Shown here piece by piece: positions 1 to 10,736 of a stretch of DNA of 64,000 nt (the first letter of the stretch is position 1; the number at the start of each line of letters is the position of its first letter). Where the stretch lies: positions 32,001-96,000 of the IMG/VR virus record IMGVR_UViG_2974611114_000001; one strand, written 5' to 3'. The DNA is from a virus (taxonomy: Duplodnaviria; Caudoviricetes). Under the pieces are notes generated by a model. It made no database searches. It was not told where the DNA came from and was given only the letters and a program-made list of their open reading frames with translations. Position numbers and translations under genes: made by a program.

Positions 1-1103
1 GAAGATGCAGCTACTAGTATGCAACCTTTTGGCTCCTTGGCTACGTCCTGCATTATCCTCTCTCGTTCATCTAGATCTAGAACCTGCCCAGTTATTGAGT
101 ATACTGGAATACCTGCTTCTTGGAAGAACTCTTCTATCTTATTAATAAGCCAAGTTCTCTCAGAAGTTATAAGTATTTTATGCCCTAGCCTATAATAGAC
201 GTACGCCTTTTCCATAATGTGCTGAAAGAACTCTGGGTTTTCATAGACAGAGTTAGCTCTAGTTCCCCACGGTATATTTCTATTACCATCAATAGGTACA
301 TCTATAGTATAGGCATGGATAACAGGGTCAAGTACATTATCTTTTTCTGGCTTAATAATATTATACCCAAAATAGTCCTTGAACATTGCCTGTAGACCAT
401 CTTTGCGTTTTAATGTACCAGATAGCCCAATACGTATACGAGCTGCATTGGACTCTAGAAAGTTGGTAAATGTTGTTGCAACACAGTGATGCATTTCATC
501 TAATACAACTAATCCAAATTCTTCACTTAGCTCATTAGCCATCATATTCAGGGTTCTAATATTGCCTACAACTATGCTATGACCTACATAGTCCCGCTTA
601 CCATCTCCTATAATTCCTGGAGTAATACCAAACCATCTCTTTATCTCTTTAACCCACATTCCTAGCAGGTTAAGGTTATGCACAACAATTAAGGTTTTTT
701 GTTGTAAATGCCACATAACATAGAGAGCCCATATAGTCTTACCAAATCCAGGGTTACCGTGCATTATACACGTAGGTTCTCCATCACTTTCGAACTTTAG
801 GAATTCATCAAATGCTGCCTGTTGACCTGGGTACAGCTCAAAGCTGGGTTTAGGTATTTTGGCAGGAATGACAGCTCTCTTGTCTACTATAGTTACATTA
901 GGTATCTCTGCTAATAAATCCTTAACTCTAGTTGGTGGTATGCAGTGCACATCATTTACAGACCAAGCGTTCTGGAATCTTCTAGGGTACTGAGCATGTG
1001 GGTCTTGTATCTCATAATAGCATTGCTCTTTGCAGTATTCCCAGAACTCCTTTGAAACGGCACTAGTTTTAAACATGGCACGCTTTTTAATAACAACTTT
1101 CAT
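1..1103 (-). CDS. SF2 (DEAD-like) helicase, T5 D10-like, truncated by window edge
   Basis: ATG at 1103 overlaps the stop of the upstream ORF; minus-strand translation shows Walker A HGNPGFGKT, Walker B VLDEMHH and motif III GLSGT; syntenic with T5 D10 downstream of pol. Confidence 0.85.
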   Translation of the reverse strand, partial: MKVVIKKRAMFKTSAVSKEFWEYCKEQCYYEIQDPHAQYPRRFQNAWSVNDVHCIPPTRVKDLLAEIPNVTIVDKRAVIPAKIPKPSFELYPGQQAAFDEFLKFESDGEPTCIMHGNPGFGKTIWALYVMWHLQQKTLIVVHNLNLLGMWVKEIKRWFGITPGIIGDGKRDYVGHSIVVGNIRTLNMMANELSEEFGLVVLDEMHHCVATTFTNFLESNAARIRIGLSGTLKRKDGLQAMFKDYFGYNIIKPEKDNVLDPVIHAYTIDVPIDGNRNIPWGTRANSVYENPEFFQHIMEKAYVYYRLGHKILITSERTWLINKIEEFFQEAGIPVYSITGQVLDLDERERIMQDVAKEPKGCILVAAS

Positions 1104-1600
1104 AGTTTAACTCTATACCTCCTAGTTTCGGGATATTCTCTGTGCACATCAAAGACTACTAATGCTCCATTATAGTTAACTACAGAAATATACTTAGCTT
1201 CGCAGTCTGTTATAATGGGGGATAGACTACCCTTTACAAAGTTCTGATAAGTACCGTTAAACGTCTGATTAGATATACTTACTCTTTTAACTTCTATTGG
1301 GTAGAACTTAGTACGTCTGACTCTACGAATATCCCCATCGGGGGTTATAATATATTTAGCTCCAGATCTAATAAACTGACTAATCGTAGTTATGCGTTTC
1401 TGTAGGGGGTAAAGTTTATATGGCAACTTCATAGAGGAGAGTATTAATCTTCTCTTGGCATAGTTACCCGGAAGACTAGGCATATCAAAGACATACCTAG
1501 TTAAGTGGCTCTGTATAATTACAAAGCCATCTTCTGTAAACTTATCAACAAATCCACGCATAATGTATGCTGGTAGCTCTAAACCCTTACGCGACTTCAT
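1100..1600 (-). CDS. conserved T5-like hypothetical protein between pol and D10
   Basis: 166-aa ORF overlapping the pol stop and the helicase start. Confidence 0.7.
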   Translation of the reverse strand: MKSRKGLELPAYIMRGFVDKFTEDGFVIIQSHLTRYVFDMPSLPGNYAKRRLILSSMKLPYKLYPLQKRITTISQFIRSGAKYIITPDGDIRRVRRTKFYPIEVKRVSISNQTFNGTYQNFVKGSLSPIITDCEAKYISVVNYNGALVVFDVHREYPETRRYRVKL

Positions 1601-2418
1601 TTAGTTTAGGCAACCAAGGGAAATTTCCCTCTACTAAGAAATTCCACTCAGCCCTAAAATTATCACACCCCCAGATAATCTTCTTGAGCTCAGGGAACTG
1701 CTCCTCAATAGTTTCTAGATTACGCTTATTCTCTATGCTAGATACAATATCTTCGGCTCCGACTTCAGCTATACGCTCCATAACACTGCGCATTGTTGCT
1801 TCGAAGTCTGGATCCCCAATAACCGCAATAGCAGGGTGTTGACTACGTAATTTACCACAAGAGTAGTCTACGGATCCTCCTTCTTCTGAGTCCATGCCAA
1901 CACCGATAGGGCAACCTTTAATACTAAGACCCCTATCTTCTTGGATGTTCCTAATTAAGATCTCTGAATACTGATCAATTAGGTCTTCACGAACTATAGC
2001 TACCACGGAGTCATGCACCAACATAATGATTTGCATTTCCTTGAGCAGTCCTAATCTTTCGATCTCTAGATCTGCATGGATTGCTCCTAATAATAGTGAG
2101 TCAGATGAGGCCCCCTGAATAATAGCATTAAACCCTGAACGTACCTCACCAGAGGCAATACCTCTATCTTCTGAGTTGATATTTAATAGTCTACGCTTAC
2201 GACCATAGTGTGAATAAATAAATCCGAACTGCTTAATCTGCTCGTGTGATCTATCAATCCAACGTTTCAACTCTGTAAACTTGTTAAAGTAGTCTGCAAT
2301 ATACTCATTAGCTTTAGCTGGGGTACATGGCTCAAAAGGCTCTCCAGTTTTAGCAGATTGTTCGAGAAGCGCCTCGTTAACTGCCTCCGCTACCTTAGCT
2401 GGACCGCTCCCGTACAAG
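1587..2418 (-). CDS. polA: DNA polymerase family A, exon 2 (C-terminal)
   Basis: Continues motif B (LYGSG), NAIIQG, motif C VHDS; joins exon 1 in frame as GGG AT^C TTG TAC = G-I-L-Y. Confidence 0.93.
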
Positions 2419-3528
2419 CATGTTACTCCACTGTTTCCAGTGGCATGGACTATACCTTATACCTAAGACACTAGGATATTACCTAGTTTTACGATTACCA
2501 TTAATAACAATATCCTCATATAGAGCATATTTTCTATCTAATCTGCATGACTCTGCTGTATTGGCATACATATAGTGTAGTAAATCTACAGATTTATTAG
2601 TATTTAAAGTGATAGTAAATATGTTGGCTTTTTCATACGACTTGTATGTTACATTCACTACTTCACTTAATACTTTATCTAGCCAGATCATGTTGGGTTT
2701 CGAGATAGAGAATCCTGTGTATAGGGTTGCCGTTCTAGAATTTACATTTGAGAAAGACTCACTTATGGTACCGTCCCCATCAAATAATCCCCTTAAAAAG
2801 TCCCTTAAATACTTTCCGAACACTGATATATCTGGTATTACAGTGCTAAGCGTTTTATTGGGGACTATGGAGTACTTTTCTAAGTCTTTACACATTTCTC
2901 TAGAGGTGAATTCTATCGCTCGTCTCTTATACCCATTGCATTCTTGTATAGTAAACTCAGTACTATTTGTAAATGCAGCAAACTTCTCTAGGTGGCGAAC
3001 ATCTCCTTCTTGTAGCATCAGTCTAACTCTACCTCTCGTGTCCACACAGCCATCAGCGTAGAGAAACCCAAGCCAATAGGCTGACTCCTCTGTGAGGGAG
3101 GAAAAGCAACCATTATACACATACTTTGGTACTTTTCTTCCCCATCCTTCCTTTGCTATTAGCTTCTTTAGTTTCCACTCGGGTATTCCAAATACTTCTG
3201 CTATTTTCGCTCTAGTTAGTTTGTCTTTCTTAAGTTTATCGTAATTGTCTTTGTTGATTTCCATACCTTCCCCTTATAAAAGTTAATGGGTAGGTAATCG
3301 TTCTTAGGTATCTCGCCGTATTATGAGTAATACACCCATCGCAGCAGTATCTGTTCTAGATACTCTGTCAGTCTCTGAACCATTTGATTTTGTCCCCAAA
3401 ACCTCTGGCTGCGGATTAGCATGTCATAGTAATATGAGTTAGCGTCCCCGACAATTGAGCGAGTTATTCTCTATATTTATTCAGCTGAGACTAGATTACT
3501 CTAGATCGGAACCTTTTATTCTTGGTTA
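2419..3528 (-). mobile_element. group I self-splicing intron in DNA polymerase motif B
   Basis: Exon ends in U (UCGGGAU) and pairs with IGS GUUCCGA at 3512-3506; terminal G at 2419; P (AAUUGUCGGGGA ~3455), Q (AAUCCGCAGC ~3415), R (UCAGAGACUG ~3375), S (AAGGUAUAGUCC ~2455); 10-bp P8 (3311-3302 with 2468-2459) flanks the ORF; removal restores an 874-aa polymerase. Confidence 0.93.
2479..3264 (-). CDS. intron-encoded double-motif LAGLIDADG homing endonuclease with N-terminal HTH-like segment
   Basis: Motifs YWLGFLYADG and FLRGLFDGDG; lies in the P8 loop. Confidence 0.88.
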   Translation of the reverse strand: MEINKDNYDKLKKDKLTRAKIAEVFGIPEWKLKKLIAKEGWGRKVPKYVYNGCFSSLTEESAYWLGFLYADGCVDTRGRVRLMLQEGDVRHLEKFAAFTNSTEFTIQECNGYKRRAIEFTSREMCKDLEKYSIVPNKTLSTVIPDISVFGKYLRDFLRGLFDGDGTISESFSNVNSRTATLYTGFSISKPNMIWLDKVLSEVVNVTYKSYEKANIFTITLNTNKSVDLLHYMYANTAESCRLDRKYALYEDIVINGNRKTR

Positions 3529-5321
3529 ATCCCGAAGCTGATCGCCTTAGCTGCCTGTCTTAATGCTGGAAATAGTTTCTTGACTTCTCTTGGTTCACAA
3601 GGTAATTTAAATACCATATGTGCGATAGTTGCATGGAAGTCTGGGTAAGTATCGGGGTCTCTAGTCATATTGATAAAGACTTGTTGCATGTTCTTATCCC
3701 CTGACAGTACTGCTGCATAGTAAATTTCCGCAGTTGTCAAGTCATATGCAACTACTTTATACCCTGGAGGAGCATAGATACATCCCTTGATTATTGATTC
3801 ATCACGTGGAAGCTGTTGTAAGTTCATTTTACCAGAAGAACTTAAACGACCAGAGGTTGTTGTATGTAGGTGGAATCCGGTTCTAATCCTTCCATCACTA
3901 TCAATACTTTGTAAAACTTTCTCTACATACGTTGAGATTAGTTTAGTTGTTTTACGGATTTGCAGTAAAATATTAGCAATAGGATGTTGTTCTGCAATCT
4001 CCATTAGTGATTCCGCATCTGTAGATATAGCTCCTGCCTCTGTAAGCTTACCAGTAGGGGTTAGTCCTAGAATATCGAACAGAAGTACCCGTAGCTGAAC
4101 AACAGAGTTTGGATTAAACCGAGCACCTTGTTCCCTTTCTAGTATTTGTACCTCTTCAAATTCGTATAGCTTTCTCACGTATTCGTTTAACTTATCTGTG
4201 AGCAATTGGTGTGCTAAGTTAAGTCGCTGAACATTGATAGGTACACCACGATCCTCAACACGCTGTAAGAAGCGACAGCCTGGCATGATAATAGTCTGAT
4301 ACAATGATAAGAACTGAGGGTTTGCAACAATTTTCGGATAGAACTTATTGAAGATTCTTAGCGTAGCGTCTGTGTCCTTACTAGCATAAGGCCACATGAT
4401 ATCAAAAGGAATCAGATCATATGTAAAATCCGCCTTCTTAATTTTATGCTTCTTGCAATAATCTTCCTTGAATTTATCTAGCTCAAAGTCGTAGTCACCC
4501 ATATCTGTATAATTCATGGCTAATTGCTTCAAGCCATGAGTACCCTTACGCTCATCTAGAATATAATGAATAAGCATTGTATCGTGTAGACGGTTTTCAT
4601 CATATGCCTTCTCATATGAGAGACCGAAGTGATATGTATACATATGTTGGTCAAACTTTAAGTTATGGAATACTATAGGTCTATCTTTCTGGTCAAATAG
4701 AACTTGAATTTTGTGGGTAACTCGTTCAGAAATAACATCAGCGTCAATATATACACCTTGATACTCTTCATGGGAAATTGATAACCCTAGTACATAACAG
4801 TTTCTAGCATACAGACCAGAGGTCTCCGAGTCAAACGCTAAAGGTGTAGTTGCTGGATCTGTCATTGTCACAAGCATGTTAACATAATCAAATGCTTCTT
4901 GCTCATCTACTATAGGTCTATAATTTCCTGGCTTCGGTGCTGTTAACTTACCTGTAATTATCTTATCAATGTTACTAACAGTTTCCTCAAACACTGGACG
5001 CATTTCAGGCTTGAAGTGTAGTTGCGCTGGGCTAATACTTGGGATCCACCCAGCATACCCTTGATCTTCTACCAATTTACCAGTATAATCTGAAATACCC
5101 GTTCTTTTGGTAAAATGCTTAAAGGGATCTGCACCAATTAAGATAACAAAATCATAATCGTGTGGATTAAATGGATTTTGTGGTGTTCCGATAGTAATAT
5201 CTTTCTTATATACTTTCTTTACACTAACGTCCGTCATGTGAAATACGTCTAAATCTGGAATACCAAAGTGTCTAGAGTAATTAGTATTACTTGGACATTT
5301 ATCAACTAAAGCTATTTTCAT
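3529..5321 (-). CDS. polA: DNA polymerase family A, exon 1 (3'-5' exonuclease and polymerase N-part)
   Basis: ExoI FDSET, ExoII HNLKFD, ExoIII YASKD, TSGRLSS..NLQQLP, motif A YDLTTAE, motif B RQAAKAISFG. Confidence 0.93.
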
Positions 5322-5386
5322 ATTTTCTCCTTATGTTGGATGAGTACAATGTCAATATTCCTCCTACGAATCCAACTAATATTATA

Positions 5387-6268
5387 TCAAGAATTGAGCT
5401 CTTCCGCAACTAAAATATCTATTTTAGCTTGTAGTATCTCAATCTCTTCCGGGGTTAAGTCCCCTGGATCCTTTCCTACAGGTAAGAACTGATTAGCAAC
5501 TATAGGTATTAAATTAGTTTTATCTCTAATCATCTTACTTAATAGATTGGCACTATCATTACCAGATTTATCGTTATCTAGTAATATAACAACCACCCTA
5601 GTGCCTGCTAATTCAAAAGGCATTAGTTTATCTTGAACTGTCTTAAATGAGAACTGATGTGTACCAAATATACAAGATACATTGGTTAGCCCTTTGTCCT
5701 CTAGATTTAACATATCAAATATACCCTCTACTAATATTAGTACGGGTTCATTTACTCTCACAGGGAATACGGGTAGTGGTACCTCTCTCGGCTTAACCAA
5801 GTATTTTGGTTTAGCATCCCCAAGCATAGTTCTACCCAAGAAAGCTAGGATTCCCCCTTGTGGATTGGTTATAGGAAAAACTAGTCTATGTTCCCACTCA
5901 CTTTGTTGTGTAAAAGTGAAATACTTTTCGAACGTCTCTGCTCGTATACCCCTGTACTCCTCCTTGAACATTAGGGCGGATTCTGGAATTTGCTGTAAGG
6001 CGCTGGAAGTTGTTATTTCACGTATAATTCTACGAACCCTTGCAAGTTTTCCCGTAGATCTTTCTATTCCCTTATTGAAGTAATGGAATATGCTAGGGAT
6101 ACCCTTACCAAATCCACACGCTAGGCAATGCATTACACCCGTTTCTCTATCTATACGTAGAGATGGGTTTTCATCAACGTGATCAGGGTTAAGGCAGGGG
6201 ATAATTAAATCCCCTCCTGCTTCCGTAAAACTTATACCTTTTATTTCTAGTAGCTGTTCTACATTCAT
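5387..6268 (-). CDS. DNA primase (Zn finger + TOPRIM)
   Basis: CLNPDH...CLAC zinc motif, VEGIFD, LDND, KDPGD. Confidence 0.9.
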   Translation of the reverse strand: MNVEQLLEIKGISFTEAGGDLIIPCLNPDHVDENPSLRIDRETGVMHCLACGFGKGIPSIFHYFNKGIERSTGKLARVRRIIREITTSSALQQIPESALMFKEEYRGIRAETFEKYFTFTQQSEWEHRLVFPITNPQGGILAFLGRTMLGDAKPKYLVKPREVPLPVFPVRVNEPVLILVEGIFDMLNLEDKGLTNVSCIFGTHQFSFKTVQDKLMPFELAGTRVVVILLDNDKSGNDSANLLSKMIRDKTNLIPIVANQFLPVGKDPGDLTPEEIEILQAKIDILVAEELNS

Positions 6269-7770
6269 AAGTCTTGTGCTCCTTGTGGTACGCTAGGAGC
6301 TACTGTATCGGATTGCTTTCTACTTGAGCTTTTCTCTTTCTTAGGCTTATCACCGAATGACAGTGCAAATTCTGCTCCTATTTCACACATAACTTCTTCT
6401 TTAGATAACGTCTTAGTATTATCTATAACTAGGTTCTCCCAGTTTATAGGCTGAGTGAATACGCATGGGTCTAAGTTACGTACTTTAGTAGACTCATACT
6501 GTATTGCACCAGAGAAATCCCTCTCTCCCTCTGGTTTACCCTCTTGGTTTGGTATGCGTGCTGGGTTAAGAATCAGTGCTATATCACATGCGTCCAGTAT
6601 ACCTTTTGACATCCTAGCCTCACCAGACTTGTCTATCTGATAAGGTGATACTCCAGGCATCTCTAGCTCTACGCATGCTTCTTTGAACTCCTTAGCTACT
6701 GCCATCTGAGGAGTCCAGTCAAACCTGTCTGATTCTTTAACTCCCTCTTGCATAACCTGATTAAGGTAGTCTAATACTATTGTTCCTAATCTTTCTTCTC
6801 CATACTTAGATCTTAAAGTTCTAACATGCGCCTTTAGTCTAGGTATTGTTAGTTTAGGGTCATAAATTATAGGCATAGGAGTTATCTCTTCTAGAGTTAT
6901 TAGCTCAGATTCTAACTCAAATGCATCACTTACTTTCTGTACTTTGTACTTGCGCAGAAACTTCTCTACTAAATCAATTCCACCATCATGTAGTCTCCCC
7001 CTAGTTCTTAATAATTGCTCTACTTCCTCTGGTTCTAATGTGCCTTTTCTCATTCTGGATGCTGATACACCAGATAGTATAGCCATGTTTCTAGCAAATA
7101 TCTGATTACCAGGCATTTCTAATGTAAAGTACGGGTCTATAGTTCCCATAATATGATGCTTTACTTGAATGTTACTACACGTTATTGATTTACCAGACCC
7201 TCGGTAACCTCCTAGATACAATACCTCTCCTGGGGTTAGCCCTCCAGCGTACTGATCAAAGAAATCACTTATACCAAATGGTACAAAAATATTACCAGAT
7301 CCATGTTCTGGAAATAGAATAAAGCTTGAGGCTGTTTCTATCGCAGACGCAGTTCCTACTTCGTCCTCTATAATGCCTGCAAGGGAATTAACCCTTTCAA
7401 TAATTTCACCACTATCCAACTGAGTAATATCTTTGAGAACATTCTCCTCTATAAGATCTAGAGTCAAATCTTGAGTAAACTCATTAACTAAATATGTTAT
7501 AGATTCCTGGATAGGAACATCAGGTACTTGTGTCAAGTTCAAGACTGCAAGCGCTTGGGACAGTCTCACACTTCTATTTGTACTTAATGCTAACGTATCT
7601 AGGTTTGGAACATCCCCATGTTTCTGCTGATAATTCTGTATGGCGGCAAATATAGAAGAGAAAGAATCATTAAAGTATTTTTTATGTAAACGTGATATAG
7701 CATCCATAGCTACTGCTTTGTTGTCAGTAGTTAGTAGTTGCTTCAACACTATTGCTTGTACGTTATACAT
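6265..7770 (-). CDS. replicative DnaB-like helicase
   Basis: Walker A GYRGSGKS, TLEM, Walker B VLDYL; adjacent to primase. Confidence 0.88.
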   Translation of the reverse strand: MYNVQAIVLKQLLTTDNKAVAMDAISRLHKKYFNDSFSSIFAAIQNYQQKHGDVPNLDTLALSTNRSVRLSQALAVLNLTQVPDVPIQESITYLVNEFTQDLTLDLIEENVLKDITQLDSGEIIERVNSLAGIIEDEVGTASAIETASSFILFPEHGSGNIFVPFGISDFFDQYAGGLTPGEVLYLGGYRGSGKSITCSNIQVKHHIMGTIDPYFTLEMPGNQIFARNMAILSGVSASRMRKGTLEPEEVEQLLRTRGRLHDGGIDLVEKFLRKYKVQKVSDAFELESELITLEEITPMPIIYDPKLTIPRLKAHVRTLRSKYGEERLGTIVLDYLNQVMQEGVKESDRFDWTPQMAVAKEFKEACVELEMPGVSPYQIDKSGEARMSKGILDACDIALILNPARIPNQEGKPEGERDFSGAIQYESTKVRNLDPCVFTQPINWENLVIDNTKTLSKEEVMCEIGAEFALSFGDKPKKEKSSSRKQSDTVAPSVPQGAQDL

Positions 7771-7811
7771 ATTCTCCCTCTTATTCGCAATTTAGTGCGC
7801 CTTCCATATAA

Positions 7812-7845
7812 AAGAAAAGGGAGGAGAGCAAAGCCCTCCTCCCTT
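7812..7845 (-). terminator. intrinsic terminator after D5
   Basis: AAGGGAGGAGGGC-TTT-GCTCTCCTCCCTT followed by TTCTTTT on the minus strand. Confidence 0.75.
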
Positions 7846-7868
7846 AAGGTGATAATTACTAAAAGCTA

Positions 7869-8636
7869 TTATTTATTAGCTTCTTTAGCATCTAACTTAG
7901 CACGGCGAGCTGCACCTTTGTGGTCAACACAGTCACGTCCACGACGAGTAAGAGTACTACGAATACCACGTTCGTTCTTACCTAATTTTTCTGCTAACTC
8001 TGCAACGGTCATATTTTCAACATCTAAACCGTCAAACATGTCAACTGAAACTTTTTCTTTATGATCGCGCTGTGATGGTTGGGCATCTAGGCGACCTTCT
8101 TTAACTAAGCTCAGTGTTTTACCACGGATTTGAGCAACAGTCTTACCTAAAGTTTCAGCGATTTCTTCTAGGAACTTACCAGCAGAAGCTAAAGCAACGA
8201 TTTGATCTTCTTCTTCTGGTGTGAACTTACGAGGAGCCTTAGTAGCTTCTGTAGGCTTAACTTTTTCAGTTAATTGCAGAGCTAATACCTTACCTTGTAC
8301 TTGACGATAGTTGAACTTACCACCAGCGATAGCTGCTGCGATTTCACGGTAGGTTTTTTCGCCTTCGTTTGCATTCAGATAATCAACTAACTCAGCTTCC
8401 ATTTCAGGAGTCCATGGACTTTCTTTAGCATCAACTGCTAACTGAACTTTGTAGCCTAATTTACGCAGTTTAGAACTGATTTGACGAGCTGTTACAGCAC
8501 GTTCTGTTTCTTCTGCCATTTCGCCAGCGATAACAACAACTTGTTCTTGTGATACTTCATCAACACCAAGTGCGTTTGCTTTTGCTACTAAGATATCTGT
8601 ATTTGCTTCGTTCCACGTTAATTTTGCTTGACTCAT
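7869..8636 (-). CDS. T5 D5-like DNA-binding protein
   Basis: Repeated W/F-T-P-E HTH-like units, 255 aa, syntenic position. Confidence 0.8.
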   Translation of the reverse strand: MSQAKLTWNEANTDILVAKANALGVDEVSQEQVVVIAGEMAEETERAVTARQISSKLRKLGYKVQLAVDAKESPWTPEMEAELVDYLNANEGEKTYREIAAAIAGGKFNYRQVQGKVLALQLTEKVKPTEATKAPRKFTPEEEDQIVALASAGKFLEEIAETLGKTVAQIRGKTLSLVKEGRLDAQPSQRDHKEKVSVDMFDGLDVENMTVAELAEKLGKNERGIRSTLTRRGRDCVDHKGAARRAKLDAKEANK

Positions 8637-8640
8637 TATT

Positions 8641-9399
8641 TTATTCCTTTGTATACTTACTTATTAAGTTTTCAATAGTACCTATCTCGATACCATTGTT
8701 CTGGGCTTTAAGAAAAGAAGAAGAAGTACGTTTACTTTCATCTTCACATATCAAATATTTGACTTCTTTTGTTACACTTGACTTAACTGTGAATCCTAGG
8801 TTCTCAAGATAAGCCTTTGCATCATTTCGATTCTTGAAATCATTTAAAGAACCAGTGATGCTTACTGCAATACCTAATGTCTTGGAAGCTACCGCTGTAT
8901 TACCAGAAGTAGATGTAAATTTCCAAGGAAGAGCCATAATCTCTTTACCTGTTTCAGAACATTTCCAAGACTCTAGGTTCTCCCCAGCCTTACCGCCTAA
9001 GCTAGCATTAGCTAATTCAGTAACTCCGAGGGTAGCTTTCTCAGATGCTACATCTCCAATTAATGGGATGGATAAAGAAGCAAGTAATTGTGCCATCGAC
9101 ACAAATCCCTTTAACTTATCCAATTCTGCATCCAGTTTTGTACCTACTTTGTCTCCAAAGTTTGATACTAGAGTTTCCTTATCTAGAGCAAATAGCTCTG
9201 GAATACCAGAAAGATTTAGCTTTTCTAAAGTCTTCTCACCGAATCCTTTGAGCTTCATCTTCTTACAAAAGTGTTCTAGAGATTTAGAGTTTTGAGCAGG
9301 GCAGTTATTAGTGTTCCGACAGAACAGTTGAGCATTCACTAGCTCCAATTTTGAACCGCACTCTGGACAATACTCTGGTGCAACTATTTTCATTTGCAT
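8641..9399 (-). CDS. ligB: NAD+-dependent DNA ligase subunit B (Zn finger, HhH, BRCT)
   Basis: CPECGS...C..NCPAQ, KGFGEK and IPLIGD HhH motifs, BRCT ITGSL...SSVTK. Confidence 0.9.
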   Translation of the reverse strand: MQMKIVAPEYCPECGSKLELVNAQLFCRNTNNCPAQNSKSLEHFCKKMKLKGFGEKTLEKLNLSGIPELFALDKETLVSNFGDKVGTKLDAELDKLKGFVSMAQLLASLSIPLIGDVASEKATLGVTELANASLGGKAGENLESWKCSETGKEIMALPWKFTSTSGNTAVASKTLGIAVSITGSLNDFKNRNDAKAYLENLGFTVKSSVTKEVKYLICEDESKRTSSSFLKAQNNGIEIGTIENLISKYTKE

Positions 9400-9577
9400 T
9401 TCCTCTTTCCGACTTTATGTAAATATTATATCAATAATTTTGGTACTTAGCAAGTAAAAATTTAAGTAACTTGCTAAGAGCCTACTCAATAAACCTTTCG
9501 TTTCCGAACAATATAACTATTATACATAAAATCTATGTGTACGTCAAGTAGATTTTAAAATTTGGGATCATATAACC

Positions 9578-9760
9578 TTAGTTATCGAGATTATCACACT
9601 CATCAATTATAATTAGATCTGCTTGTTCTCCACTATATGACTTACCTTCTTTATCTTGCCTATTTTTAGCATGATTTATTAAGTCTTGTAGTTCTTTATT
9701 CGTCATGCGTTTAGGTAGCATACCCGTTCGCTGTGCTCTAATCATAGACTCTCCCAACAA
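9578..9760 (-). CDS. small hypothetical protein between the ligase halves
   Basis: 60-aa ORF overlapping the ligA end. Confidence 0.45.
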   Translation of the reverse strand: MLGESMIRAQRTGMLPKRMTNKELQDLINHAKNRQDKEGKSYSGEQADLIIIDECDNLDN

Positions 9761-10736
9761 TCTTAGGAATCACACCACCTGCACGAATAACTCTAATCTG
9801 GCAACCTATTTCCAGATCTAAGGCGTTAATGAACTCAATATTATTTAATGTTGCTTTCTCAATCTTTGCATCATCAATAATAACTGGCTCAAACCAACCT
9901 ACAGGTGTTACTTTACCAGATTTACCAGTTTGCCATTTAACATCTAGTAATGTAGTTACTTCACCCTCTTCATCTTCTTTTTCAGCATATGCGCCTTTTG
10001 GAAATTTATTAGTGAAACCTGCCTGCCAGTATACAGTATTATCATTCTCACGAAATACTGTACCGTCAGTTATGATCTCACCAGAACACGCCATCATCTG
10101 AACTTCTGCTGTAAGTACAGTATCAAAACCTAATCGTTCTAAAAATAACATATCAGATCTAAAATCCTGAGTCAGCCCTTCTGGACGTTCACTACAGTTA
10201 ACACCATACGCTACGAATATTAGACCCCCTTCTTCTTTTCTCTCTAGGAACTCCTCAGAAGATTTTAGGTTAACTGCACCACTAGCATAGTTACGGATAT
10301 TTTCAACTTTCTTAGTTGGTACTACTTCACCACGAATTTGAATAATTTCAGGTAGTTCCCCGTCAAATGCGTAGTATAAGTTAGGCATTACCAACTTACC
10401 TGCTGTATGGGAACAATCCTTACCCATCTTACCGTTACCACGTGTGGTTGAATATGCGTACTTGCCCTGTAAATATACGTGAGTTACTGCACACCCATCT
10501 AGCTTAGGACTTTCTACAGCATCCTTTAGTACAGGCGATTTATCTCCACGACACGGGTAAAACTTTTGTAAGCTGTATACAGGAAATACTAATTTAATAT
10601 CGCCCTTGCTACCTATTTCTTCTTCTAGCTCTGGGTAATTAGCTACAATAGCATCGTACTCTTCGTTAGAGATTAAAGGATGTCCAGCATAGTAAGCTTC
10701 CTGACATTCCTTAATAAATTGTCTAGTATTACTCAT
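9738..10736 (-). CDS. ligA: NAD+-dependent DNA ligase subunit A (adenylation + OB)
   Basis: KLDG, TRGNG, RGE, DG, ATLNN, RAGGVIP; true start likely MSNTRQ at 10736 (TAATG coupling, GGAG RBS). Confidence 0.92.
   Translation of the reverse strand: MSNTRQFIKECQEAYYAGHPLISNEEYDAIVANYPELEEEIGSKGDIKLVFPVYSLQKFYPCRGDKSPVLKDAVESPKLDGCAVTHVYLQGKYAYSTTRGNGKMGKDCSHTAGKLVMPNLYYAFDGELPEIIQIRGEVVPTKKVENIRNYASGAVNLKSSEEFLERKEEGGLIFVAYGVNCSERPEGLTQDFRSDMLFLERLGFDTVLTAEVQMMACSGEIITDGTVFRENDNTVYWQAGFTNKFPKGAYAEKEDEEGEVTTLLDVKWQTGKSGKVTPVGWFEPVIIDDAKIEKATLNNIEFINALDLEIGCQIRVIRAGGVIPKIVGRVYD

Noticed and set aside
1587-5321. DNA polymerase as a broken pseudogene or two-subunit enzyme
   Set aside because: Intron core elements and exact in-frame rejoining explain the split
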